DNA of 64,000 bases, from NCBI GenBank assembly GCA_934167465.1, contig CAKPKR010000001.1, forward strand, positions 287,030-351,029, in the 5' to 3' direction. This document shows positions 1-8,319 of this stretch, in pieces. This stretch comes from an uncultured Bacilli bacterium (GTDB lineage: Bacteria; Bacillota_I; Bacilli_A; RF39; UBA660). Within the stretch, counting starts at the first letter, position 1, and each line of letters opens with the position of its first letter. Both the position numbers and the translations under genes were made by a program. The notes beneath the pieces are model-generated. The model saw nothing but the letters and a program-made list of their open reading frames with translations. It had not been told where the DNA came from and did no database searches.

Positions 1-60
1 CCAAGCATTTTTGTCAAGGTGGAGTTTATAATATTTAAAAAAAAAGATTTATTAAATCTT

Positions 61-837
61 TTAAAATACATTTTCATTTATTGAATTTTCTAAATCAATT
101 ACAATTGGATTATTATTTTCATCAGGTGCCACTACCATTATATAATTTTCTTTTTCAGTAGTAATTTTATAAAATTTATATTTATAATATGGACGTAATG
201 TTGTTAATTCTTCAATTTCTTCGATTGTTTCATTATTATAAGTAAATAATTCATTTGGATCTATTTTATTATAATATTCTTCTATTACTGGATTAAAAAA
301 TCCACCACTTGAAGTTTCTATATTAGATATTTGTTTATTTTTTATAAATACAAAAATTGATTTTTCGATTTTTGATAAATTAGTTGACCCAGTCATTTCA
401 TTTAAAAATATACAAGTATCATTTGTTGTTTTACATTTATATGCAAAATCTAATTTATAAAGATATTCATCAACTATTTTTCCATAATATGTTATATTTG
501 TTAAATTTATAAATTCTATATCATCTAAATTCCAATTTTTATAAAAAATATCATTAAATACCGTTGAATTATATAAAGCATTTAACATTTTTTTTTCAAA
601 CAAACTATATTTTGATGAATCAAATTGTGGAAAACTTAATATATAATCTTCTTCTTTCTTATTAGTTGTTTCTTCCGATTTTTCGTTATTTATTTTATCA
701 TTATTGTTTTGTTTGATTTCATTATTATTGATATTTTTTTCATTATTCTGCGTTTTATATATTAAATAAATGCACGTTGATATATTAAATAAAAAAATAA
801 AAAGTATAGTAAAAATTAATATTTTGTCTTTTTTCAT
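61..837 (-). CDS. hypothetical membrane-anchored or secreted protein with an N-terminal signal anchor and an Asn/Lys/Glu-rich linker
   Basis: 258-aa ORF. Hydrophobic N-terminus ILIFTILFIFLFNISTCIYLI followed by a low-complexity linker. Divergent from the XRE gene at 933. Confidence 0.5.
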   Translation of the reverse strand: MKKDKILIFTILFIFLFNISTCIYLIYKTQNNEKNINNNEIKQNNNDKINNEKSEETTNKKEEDYILSFPQFDSSKYSLFEKKMLNALYNSTVFNDIFYKNWNLDDIEFINLTNITYYGKIVDEYLYKLDFAYKCKTTNDTCIFLNEMTGSTNLSKIEKSIFVFIKNKQISNIETSSGGFFNPVIEEYYNKIDPNELFTYNNETIEEIEELTTLRPYYKYKFYKITTEKENYIMVVAPDENNNPIVIDLENSINENVF

Positions 838-867
838 ATATTTAATCTATCTTTCTTTTTTAATTAT

Positions 868-907
868 AAAACAATATGTTTTAAAAATCAATGTAACATA
901 TTGTTTT
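868..907. promoter_or_regulatory. perfect 13-bp inverted repeat AAAACAATATGTT-N14-AACATATTGTTTT, a candidate operator
   Basis: Read directly. It lies in the divergent intergenic region between the start codons at 837(-) and 933(+). Confidence 0.5.
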
Positions 908-932
908 AATTTAGAATTATATTGGTGATTAT

Positions 933-1133
933 ATGTATTTAAAAATTAAAGACTTTAGAGAAGATCATGATTTATCACAAAAAGAAGTTGCTAAAATATT
1001 AAATATTTCTCAAGTTACTTATTCTTATTATGAAATAGGAAAAAGAAATATACCATTAGACTTATTAATAAAATTAGCTGATTACTATAATGTTACTTTA
1101 GATTATATAGTAGGTAGATTTAAAAAAGATTGA
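933..1133 (+). CDS. XRE-family helix-turn-helix transcriptional regulator (66 aa)
   Basis: HTH signature SQKEVAKILNISQVTYSYYEIGKRNIP. Paralog of the ORF at 4957 (shared EDHDL..K.A.IL.I.Q..YS.YE...R..PLDLLIKLADYYNV..DYIV). TGA stop at 1131-1133. Confidence 0.75.
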   Translation: MYLKIKDFREDHDLSQKEVAKILNISQVTYSYYEIGKRNIPLDLLIKLADYYNVTLDYIVGRFKKD

Positions 1134-1135
1134 AC

Positions 1136-1837
1136 TTACAATCTTTTTTTCTTTATTTCACTATATTTTCTAGGATATTTTTTGTTATCTTTCAATTTTT
1201 CAAACAATAAAATTGTTCTTGTACTTCCTTCAATTGGTAATTTAAATTCTGATTTTTTTATCAATCTAACATTTAATTCATTAATAGCATTATCTATTTC
1301 TTTTAGTTCTTCATTCATATTAGCTTTTAATGGAATAAAATATCCATTTATTTTAGTTAAAGGTATAGCATATTCTAATAAAATTGAAGTATGTGCGACA
1401 GCTCTTGCTGTTGTAACATCAAATTTATTTCTATTTTTTAATGCATAATCCTCAGCTCTAGAATGAATTACTTCAATATTATTAAGGCTTAATTTATCAA
1501 TTACTACTTTTAAAAATTCTATTCTTTTATTTAAAGAATCTAATAAGGTAATTTTTAAGTTAGGAAATACTATTTTTAAAACTAATCCTGGAAAACCAGC
1601 ACCTGTTCCTATATCACATAATGAATTAATGCTATTTAAATCTATTACTTTAGCAAGAGTTAAAGAATCATAGAAATGTTTTAAATATACTTCCTCATAT
1701 TCAGTAATGCCAGTTAAATTCATTACCTTATTGTATTCAATTAATAAATTATAATATTCATTTAATTGATCTAATTGATTTTGTGTTAATGATACATTAA
1801 TTAATTTTAGTTCCTCAATAAATCTATTTTGATTCAT
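1136..1837 (-). CDS. rsmG: 16S rRNA m7G527 methyltransferase RsmG (GidB)
   Basis: 233 aa with the SAM-binding motif DIGTGAGFPG. Classic position downstream of mnmG. Confidence 0.9.
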   Translation of the reverse strand: MNQNRFIEELKLINVSLTQNQLDQLNEYYNLLIEYNKVMNLTGITEYEEVYLKHFYDSLTLAKVIDLNSINSLCDIGTGAGFPGLVLKIVFPNLKITLLDSLNKRIEFLKVVIDKLSLNNIEVIHSRAEDYALKNRNKFDVTTARAVAHTSILLEYAIPLTKINGYFIPLKANMNEELKEIDNAINELNVRLIKKSEFKLPIEGSTRTILLFEKLKDNKKYPRKYSEIKKKRL

Positions 1838-3722
1838 TTTTATACTCCTTTTTTAAATATACCATTAAAATAGAAATATCTGCTGGATTTACTCCACTTA
1901 TTCTTAAAGCTTGACCAATTGAAGTAGGCATTACTTCTTTTAATTTTTGTCTTGCTTCGCTAGCAATATTTTTAATGTTATCATAATTAATATCTTCAGG
2001 TATTTTTTTATTTTCTAATTTCATCATTTTTTCGGCTTCTTTAATAGCTTTATTTATATACCCTTCATATTTAATGTTAATCTCTACTTCTTCTTCTATT
2101 TCTTTGTCATATTTTATATCAATTAATTTTTCTTTTCTTAAATTTTCCAATGTTATTTCTGGTCTTTTTAAAAAGTTATAAGCACTTATACCATCTTTCA
2201 AAGGAGTAGTATTTAAATTATTAAATTTTTCTAAATTATCTTTGGAAGGAGTAATCTTAATATTTTGAAGTTCTTTAGTCATTTTTTCAATATTATTTAT
2301 TTTATTTAAATATCTATTATATTGTTCTTCATTAATTAATCCTACTTCATATCCATGTTTTCTTAATCTCAAATCAGCATTATCGTGTCTTAATAATAAA
2401 CGATATTCTGCTCTTGAAGTTAATAATCTATATGGGTCTCTTATTCCTTTTGTAACTAAATCATCAATCAATACACCTATATATGCTTCATTACGGCCTA
2501 ATATTAACGGTTCTTTTTGTTCTAATTTTAAAACAGCATTTATACCGGCAATCAAACCTTGGCAAGCTGCTTCTTCATAGCCACTTGTTCCATTAATTTG
2601 TCCAGCTGTAAATAAATTTTCTATTAGTTTTGTTTCTAATGATTGTTTTAATTGTGTTGGATATATTGAATCATATTCAATTGCATATGCATATTTTAAT
2701 ATTTTTGCGTGTTCTAATCCTGGTAAACTATGAACCATTTTTTCTTGAATATCATATGGCATACTTGTTGAAAATCCTTGTAAATAAATAGTATTACCAT
2801 AAGTTGGATCATCACTTATTCTGCTTTCAGGTTCTAAAAATAATTGATGTCTTTCCTTATCGGCAAATCTTACAACTTTATCTTCAATTGATGGACAATA
2901 TCTTGGTCCGATTCCTTTAATATCGTCTAATCCACCATACATACTTGATTTATTTAAATTTTCTCTTATTATTTTATGAGTTTCTTCAGTTGTATAAGTT
3001 AAATGACAAGGAACTTGTTCTTCTATTTTATATAAAGGTTTTAAATCAAAGGAAAAAGTTAAATATTCAGGATCACCTAATTCTATTCGTGTTTTTGAAA
3101 AATCAATTGTATTTATATCTATTCTTTGAGGTGTACCTGTTTTAAGTCTTTTTATTTTAAAACCTAATTTTTCTAAATTTTCACTTAAATAATTAGATGG
3201 TTTTTCACCATGTGGACCTTGTCTTGTTCTAGTACTTCCAACTAGTATATCAGCTTTTAAATATGTTCCAGTTGTTAAAATAACTGCATCACCATATATT
3301 TTTGTATCATCTTCTAAAATAACACCAATTACTTTGTTATTTTCTACGATCAAGTTTTCAACTATACCTTCTTTTATTTCTAAATTTTCTTGTTGTTTCA
3401 TAATTTCTAACATTTTTTTAGGATATGTTATTTTATCACCTTGAGCTCTTAATGATTTAATAGCTGGACCTTTTTTATTATTAAGCATTTTTATTTGAAT
3501 ATGAGTCATATCTGCAGTTTTTCCCATTTGTCCGCCTAAAGCATCTATTTCTCTTACAACTATTCCTTTTGCTGAACCTCCTATTGAAGGATTACAAGGC
3601 ATATCGGCAATATTTTTAATATTTCCCGTTACCAATAATGTTTTATGTCCTTTACGAGAAGCTGCTAAAGAAGCTTCACATCCGGCATGTCCGCCACCAA
3701 CTACAATGATTTCATATTTCAT
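1824..3722 (-). CDS. mnmG: tRNA uridine 5-carboxymethylaminomethyl modification enzyme MnmG (GidA)
   Basis: FAD motif IIVVGGGHAGCEA and a long conserved body. The ORF track starts at GTG 3731. I prefer the ATG at 3722 (MKYEIIVVGGG) because the RBS AAAGGAAG sits 8 nt upstream. Confidence 0.95.
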   Translation of the reverse strand: MKYEIIVVGGGHAGCEASLAASRKGHKTLLVTGNIKNIADMPCNPSIGGSAKGIVVREIDALGGQMGKTADMTHIQIKMLNNKKGPAIKSLRAQGDKITYPKKMLEIMKQQENLEIKEGIVENLIVENNKVIGVILEDDTKIYGDAVILTTGTYLKADILVGSTRTRQGPHGEKPSNYLSENLEKLGFKIKRLKTGTPQRIDINTIDFSKTRIELGDPEYLTFSFDLKPLYKIEEQVPCHLTYTTEETHKIIRENLNKSSMYGGLDDIKGIGPRYCPSIEDKVVRFADKERHQLFLEPESRISDDPTYGNTIYLQGFSTSMPYDIQEKMVHSLPGLEHAKILKYAYAIEYDSIYPTQLKQSLETKLIENLFTAGQINGTSGYEEAACQGLIAGINAVLKLEQKEPLILGRNEAYIGVLIDDLVTKGIRDPYRLLTSRAEYRLLLRHDNADLRLRKHGYEVGLINEEQYNRYLNKINNIEKMTKELQNIKITPSKDNLEKFNNLNTTPLKDGISAYNFLKRPEITLENLRKEKLIDIKYDKEIEEEVEINIKYEGYINKAIKEAEKMMKLENKKIPEDINYDNIKNIASEARQKLKEVMPTSIGQALRISGVNPADISILMVYLKKEYKNESK

Positions 3723-3800
3723 ATAAAACACTTCCTTTTTAACTTTTCATATTATACTATTTTTTTTGTTTTTATACAATAATTACATATAATTAATTGA

Positions 3801-3833
3801 TAAAAAAAATAACAAGATTATTTTGTTATTTTT
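3801..3833 (-). terminator. rho-independent terminator hairpin AATAACAA-gattatt-TTGTTATT with a flanking A/T run
   Basis: Read directly downstream of the minus-strand gene ending at 3836. Confidence 0.4.
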
Positions 3834-3835
3834 AA

Positions 3836-4864
3836 TTAATTTCCTAAAAAAATAATTCTTGCAAATCCATCTCCAATGTTTGAATATTCTATTATTGATT
3901 TATTACTAACATTTGTACTATTTATTGTTTTAGTATTTTCTTCAGCAGATTCTTTACAATTATAGCAATATATTTTTTTATTTTTTAATAAGTTATTTCC
4001 AATATAACTTGAACCTCCACCAGCAGAATAAGGGGTACAACCACCTCCATAAAGTCCACCTCCACCTCCTACTCCAGCACAAGTAGCACCTTGACCAAAG
4101 GAACCAATTGAATGATAAATTGGATTTGTATTTCCTCTACTATCATAAAAATTTCCTCCAGATGTTTGTGATGCACCAATTCCATATAATGTTACTGTAC
4201 CTTCCTTATAAGAATCGCCATTTACACCTTGAATACCTCCACCATTACCACCAGAACAAGCCATAATTGCTGCATTAGATCCACCTCCGCCTCCACCTGA
4301 TGCAACAATATAAATTGATGATAATTTTTTGCTTAATGTGGAAAGTAAGCCGGATTCTGATGCTATATGAGTTGCTCCTCCACCTGATGCAGTTAGTACA
4401 TGGCCATCATTGTCAATTTTAGCATCTCCACCACCATTATATCCACCTTTAAAAGCTTTATGTTCACCATTTCCTGAACCAGAACCTCCAACATTTATAT
4501 ATAATTTACTACCTTTTTGTAAAGTAATTTCTCCTGTTGCATATGCTCCATATCCACCTGTTTTAGATGAAGTAGACGCACCGCCTTGAGCACCCCATAC
4601 ATCTAATCTGTATTTACCATTATATGGAACTATAAATATTTGTTCAGTACCTGTGTATAAAAAATCATAAACTACTGAAAATTGATTATTTTTTTTATTA
4701 TATAATTCATTTAAAGCATCATTTACGCTCATACTACTTCCGTCACTGGCATTATATACTACATCACTTGCTTTATATATTGTTGCGGCATAGACTCCTA
4801 GCCCAGTAAATATTATTCCACATATTACTATTAAAAATATTCTACTTTTTATTATTTTTTTCAT
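3836..4864 (-). CDS. secreted glycine-rich protein (Gly_rich-like domain). The N-terminal 55 aa are shared with the paralog at 5183-5734.
   Basis: N-terminal signal anchor MKKIIKSRIFLIVICGIIFTGLGVYA. Body includes VWGAQGGAS...YINVGGSGSGNG...IYIVASGGGGGGS...GGGGGLYGGGC. The ORF-track start at 4891 adds 9 aa. I prefer the ATG at 4864 because of the RBS AGGTGA, identity with the paralog start, and a consensus promoter upstream. Confidence 0.8.
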   Translation of the reverse strand: MKKIIKSRIFLIVICGIIFTGLGVYAATIYKASDVVYNASDGSSMSVNDALNELYNKKNNQFSVVYDFLYTGTEQIFIVPYNGKYRLDVWGAQGGASTSSKTGGYGAYATGEITLQKGSKLYINVGGSGSGNGEHKAFKGGYNGGGDAKIDNDGHVLTASGGGATHIASESGLLSTLSKKLSSIYIVASGGGGGGSNAAIMACSGGNGGGIQGVNGDSYKEGTVTLYGIGASQTSGGNFYDSRGNTNPIYHSIGSFGQGATCAGVGGGGGLYGGGCTPYSAGGGSSYIGNNLLKNKKIYCYNCKESAEENTKTINSTNVSNKSIIEYSNIGDGFARIIFLGN

Positions 4865-4880
4865 TTGATCACCTATTTCA

Positions 4881-4928
4881 ATTATATACATTCAAATAAA
4901 TGTATGTCAAGTACATTTGTTTGAATGT
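4881..4928 (-). promoter_or_regulatory. consensus sigma-A promoter: -35 TTGACA at 4905-4910, 18-nt spacer, -10 TATAAT at 4881-4886. The spacer is the palindrome TACATTCAAATAAATGTA. A second copy of the motif (TACATTTGTTTGAATGT) lies at 4912-4928.
   Basis: Read on the minus strand as TTGACAtacatttatttgaatgtaTATAATtgaaatAGGTGAtcaaATG. Confidence 0.6.
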
Positions 4929-4956
4929 GTGTTAATTTAATGTTAATGGTGATTTT

Positions 4957-5172
4957 ATGGAAATAAAAAGAATAAAAGATTTAAGAGAAGATCATGATTT
5001 ATTACAAAAAGATATAGCAAATATACTAGAAATTACTCAGCAACAATATAGTTTATATGAATTAAATATAAGAGATATGCCTTTAGATTTATTAATTAAA
5101 TTAGCTGATTATTATAATGTATCAATTGATTATATTGTGAATAGGACAAATAATAAACAAATAAAAAAATAA
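4957..5172 (+). CDS. XRE-family HTH transcriptional regulator (71 aa), paralog of 933-1133
   Basis: HTH LQKDIANILEITQQQYSLYELNIRDMP with RBS GGTGA. Divergent from the Gly-rich gene and convergent with the paralog at 5183. Confidence 0.75.
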   Translation: MEIKRIKDLREDHDLLQKDIANILEITQQQYSLYELNIRDMPLDLLIKLADYYNVSIDYIVNRTNNKQIKK

Positions 5173-5182
5173 GTTTTTAAAC

Positions 5183-5734
5183 TTATTCTATTTTATAAAT
5201 AGCAGCTACGGCTCTACCATAAAATGTTCCATATTCCATATATTCTGAAACAGTTATCGTTGACGAATTTTCCACAATACAAATATATATTTCAGCAGCA
5301 CTACTTCCTCTACCAGCTTTGTGTGAATTTGTCTCATTATAACCATTTCCTTCATGCCAAACTGATATTCTATCTATTTTTGTTATTGAACTACAACCTG
5401 TTACATTTGATAAAGCACTATATTCTGTAGTTGCTGCTGAAAATAATATAAAGTATTTTCCTTGTTCTAATGTTTTAGTTAAAAATACTTTATCTGCAGA
5501 ACCTGATATACCTGTTGAAGCTGTTGCAATCTGTGTTAAATTAAAATTTGTTAACTTATCTCTATTATTATATAATTCATTCAAGGCATCATTTACATTC
5601 ATACTACTTCCATCACTGGCATTATATACTACATCACTTGCCTTATATATTGTTGTGGCATATACTCCTAGCCCAGTAAATATTATTCCACATATTACTA
5701 TTAAAAATATTCTACTTTTTATTATTTTTTTCAT
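5183..5734 (-). CDS. secreted protein paralog of 3836-4864. It shares the N-terminal 55-aa module but has an unrelated 125-aa C-terminal domain.
   Basis: The first ~165 nt are nearly identical to the 5' end of 3836-4864 (MKKIIKSRIFLIVICGIIFTGLGVYA(A/T)TIYKASDVVYNASDGSSM(S/N)VNDALNELYN), after which the two diverge. Confidence 0.7.
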   Translation of the reverse strand: MKKIIKSRIFLIVICGIIFTGLGVYATTIYKASDVVYNASDGSSMNVNDALNELYNNRDKLTNFNLTQIATASTGISGSADKVFLTKTLEQGKYFILFSAATTEYSALSNVTGCSSITKIDRISVWHEGNGYNETNSHKAGRGSSAAEIYICIVENSSTITVSEYMEYGTFYGRAVAAIYKIE

Positions 5735-5757
5735 CTAGATCCCTACCTTCTATCAAT

Positions 5758-5788
5758 ATCTTACCCCCCCCCCAGACAAAAAAGTCAA
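5758..5788 (-). promoter_or_regulatory. promoter for 5183-5734: -35 TTGACT (5783-5788), 19-nt spacer containing a G10 homopolymer (C-run on the + strand at 5764-5773), -10 TAAGAT (5758-5763)
   Basis: Minus-strand read: TTGACTtttttgtctGGGGGGGGGGTAAGATattgatagaAGGTAGGGatctagATG. The homopolymer was counted as 7+3 C's across the line break. Confidence 0.55.
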
Positions 5789-5796
5789 GAAAAATT

Positions 5797-5826
5797 TCAA
5801 AAAAAAAATAAGTTTTTTAACTTATT
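5797..5826 (-). terminator. mnmE terminator hairpin AATAAGTT-tttt-AACTTATT followed by a U10 run on the minus strand
   Basis: The stop codon of mnmE lies inside the hairpin. The A10 run at 5797-5806 reads as a U-run on the minus strand. Confidence 0.55.
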
Positions 5827-7168
5827 TTCCTAAACAAAATCTACTAAATAATTCATCTATCAATTCTTCTTCATAGGTATCACCTATTATTTCACCTAAT
5901 AAATTCCAAATATTTTTAATATCTAATTCAATCATATCAATAGGCATATTATTATTGATATTTTTTTCTAATTCATTTATTTGTTCATTTACTTTTTTTA
6001 AAATTGCTACACTTCTAGCACTTGTTAAATAAGTCATATCTTCTTTTTCAATTTGTTCTAAATTAAATATTTTTTTAATGGTATTCTTTAATTCATCTAT
6101 TCCTTCATTATTTTTTGTACTAATATAAATAACATTATTTAATAAATTAGTGTTTAATTTTTTTTCTAAATCTATTTTATTAACAATTATAATATGATTT
6201 TTATTTTCTATTTTTTCTAATAATTCTAATTCTTCTTTTGTTATTTCTTCATTGTTATTTAAAACAAATAAGATTAAATCAGAATTATCAATTAGTTCTA
6301 AACTTTTATCAACACCAATTTTTTCAACAATATTATCAGTATCTCTAATACCAGCTGTATCAATTATATTTAGTAAAATCCCATCAATATTTACTGTTCC
6401 TTCTACTATATCCCTTGTTGTTCCTTCAATATCAGTTACTATTGCTTTGTCTTCTTCTAATAAAGTATTAAGTAAACTACTTTTTCCAACATTTGGTTTA
6501 CCTATTATTGATGTTTTAATTCCTTCTTTAATTATTTTACCATTATTTGATTTTTTTAATATATCTTCGATTTTTTCTTTTATATTTTTTATTTTTTCTT
6601 GTAATAGTGGAATAGTTACTTCTTCTACATCATCATATTCAGGATAGTCAATATTAACATTGATGTTTGCTAAAACTTGAACTAAATCTTCTCTTAAATT
6701 TCTAATTAAATTAGATACTTTTCCACTTAATTGATTAATTGCTAAATCACGAGCTTTATCAGTTTTAGCCTCAATTAAATCCATTATTCCTTCTGCTTCT
6801 TCTAAATCAATTCTTCCATTTAAAAAAGCTCTTTTAGTAAATTCACCAGGTTCTGCTAAACGGCAACCTTTCATTAATAATAATTCTAAAATTTTATTTG
6901 TTGTACTGATTCCGCCGTGACAGTTAATTTCTACAATATCTTCAGTTGTAAATGTTTTAGGTGCTAACATAACTGATACTAAAACTTCATCAATTATTTC
7001 GTTATTTTCTTTAATATAACCGTAATGAATAGTATGTGATGCTACTTTAGTTAAATCTTTTGTAAATATTTTACTAACAATTTTAGTTGCTTCTTCACCA
7101 CTAACTCTTATAATTGAAATAGCTCCTACTCCTAAAGCTGTAGATATTGCTGCTATTGTATCATTCAT
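5822..7168 (-). CDS. mnmE: tRNA modification GTPase MnmE (TrmE)
   Basis: G-domain motifs GKPNVGKSSLLN and DTAG, and a C-terminal CLGK. I prefer the start at 7168 (MNDTIAAIST, RBS AAAGGTG) over the ORF-track start at 7198. Confidence 0.9.
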   Translation of the reverse strand: MNDTIAAISTALGVGAISIIRVSGEEATKIVSKIFTKDLTKVASHTIHYGYIKENNEIIDEVLVSVMLAPKTFTTEDIVEINCHGGISTTNKILELLLMKGCRLAEPGEFTKRAFLNGRIDLEEAEGIMDLIEAKTDKARDLAINQLSGKVSNLIRNLREDLVQVLANINVNIDYPEYDDVEEVTIPLLQEKIKNIKEKIEDILKKSNNGKIIKEGIKTSIIGKPNVGKSSLLNTLLEEDKAIVTDIEGTTRDIVEGTVNIDGILLNIIDTAGIRDTDNIVEKIGVDKSLELIDNSDLILFVLNNNEEITKEELELLEKIENKNHIIIVNKIDLEKKLNTNLLNNVIYISTKNNEGIDELKNTIKKIFNLEQIEKEDMTYLTSARSVAILKKVNEQINELEKNINNNMPIDMIELDIKNIWNLLGEIIGDTYEEELIDELFSRFCLGK

Positions 7169-7670
7169 TTTTTTCACGCACCTTTCTTTTAATACCAATT
7201 AACATTGGTAATGATTTTGGATGTTTAAATACTTCTAGAGAAACATATTTATCAGCAATATTAACAATCCAACCTTCAGCATATTTTGGAGGTATTTTAT
7301 TTAATGGAAACATATGTCTTAAAATAGAATTTTCTATTTTTTCATTTAATAAATCAGAAAAATAAATTCTTGAATTTAGTAAGGCATCTCTAGCATGAGT
7401 AAAACCATGTTTTTGAAAAAATTTTTCTTTAGATATTTTTTTTTGCCAATCTTCACAATAAAAATCATGTAATAATCCAGCGATTGCTGCACTTTTATAA
7501 TCTTTATTAAATTTTTTAGCAATTACATATGCTACTTTTGAAACTGCTAAACAATGTGTATAAACACTAATATCTCCATGATGTTTATAAAATTTTCTTC
7601 TTTGAAATTCACTACTATTTAGAATAGGATTTACTATTTCATAATATTCAACTTTATCTTTAAATGTCAT
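7161..7670 (-). CDS. HD-domain phosphohydrolase (169 aa)
   Basis: H...HD motif (VYTHCLAVS...GLLHDFYCEDW) with a C-terminal HMFP. Confidence 0.55.
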   Translation of the reverse strand: MTFKDKVEYYEIVNPILNSSEFQRRKFYKHHGDISVYTHCLAVSKVAYVIAKKFNKDYKSAAIAGLLHDFYCEDWQKKISKEKFFQKHGFTHARDALLNSRIYFSDLLNEKIENSILRHMFPLNKIPPKYAEGWIVNIADKYVSLEVFKHPKSLPMLIGIKRKVREKNE

Positions 7671-7704
7671 AATATCATCCTTTCTAAAAAAATATAATCA
7701 ATGA

Positions 7705-8319
7705 TTATATTTCTTTGTATTTTATAGTTATATGTCTTTCAAGTCCTTCACCAATACTTTCAGTTTCTAGTTCTGGATATTCACTAATTATTGTATGAAC
7801 AAATCTTCTTTCATATGAGTTCATAGGGTCTAATGAAGCTGTTACTTTTGAAGATTTTACTTCTTCAGCTACTTCACGAACTATTTTTTCAATATTTTTC
7901 ATTTTTTTCATCTTATAATTTGAAACATCTAAATTAATTTTTAAATTCATACTTGTTTTATTTCTAACAATTTGTCTTACTAAATTTTGTAATGAATTTA
8001 ATATTTTTCCTTCTCTACCAATTAATATTGAATTATTATTAGATACTAAAGTAACATTAAATATATCATCTGTACTTAATATTTCAGTATCTATTACTAT
8101 ATTCATACCCTTTCCTATTGTTTTTATAACTTCATTTATTAAATTATTTACATCTTCTTTTTTTATAACGGTTGCAATATATTTTTGAGCTTTAAATAAT
8201 TTTCCTTCTATAAAATCATATTTTATCAATAAATCTGTTAAATCACATTTTAATTCAGAACATATTTTTTCGTTTAATTCTTCTTTTTCTTTTGCTTCGT
8301 AAGTTAATACATTTATCAT
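7705..8319 (-). CDS. khpB: RNA-binding protein KhpB/Jag (Jag_N + KH + R3H)
   Basis: R3H motif LDPMNSYERRFVH. Conserved position next to yidC. Confidence 0.8.
   Translation of the reverse strand: MINVLTYEAKEKEELNEKICSELKCDLTDLLIKYDFIEGKLFKAQKYIATVIKKEDVNNLINEVIKTIGKGMNIVIDTEILSTDDIFNVTLVSNNNSILIGREGKILNSLQNLVRQIVRNKTSMNLKINLDVSNYKMKKMKNIEKIVREVAEEVKSSKVTASLDPMNSYERRFVHTIISEYPELETESIGEGLERHITIKYKEI

Noticed and set aside
1182-1448. Many 60-170-aa ORFs in the six-frame track that lie entirely inside, and antisense to, strong conserved genes (e.g. 1182-1448, 2945-3145, 6252-6647, 11032-11310, 14912-15130, 18533-18919, 20921-21403, 22060-22365, 45623-46060, 55269-55775, 58011-58481)
   Set aside because: They are shadow ORFs of AT-rich coding sequence, with low-complexity translations and no RBS. 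The overlapping genes are unambiguous.
3836-4864. Short G/C runs and CCTCCA/CCACCA repeats inside the Gly-rich gene as possible slippage or CRISPR-like repeats
   Set aside because: They are in-frame glycine (GGN) codon repeats with no regular spacing and no spacers. The only non-coding homopolymer is the promoter G10 tract, which is reported separately.
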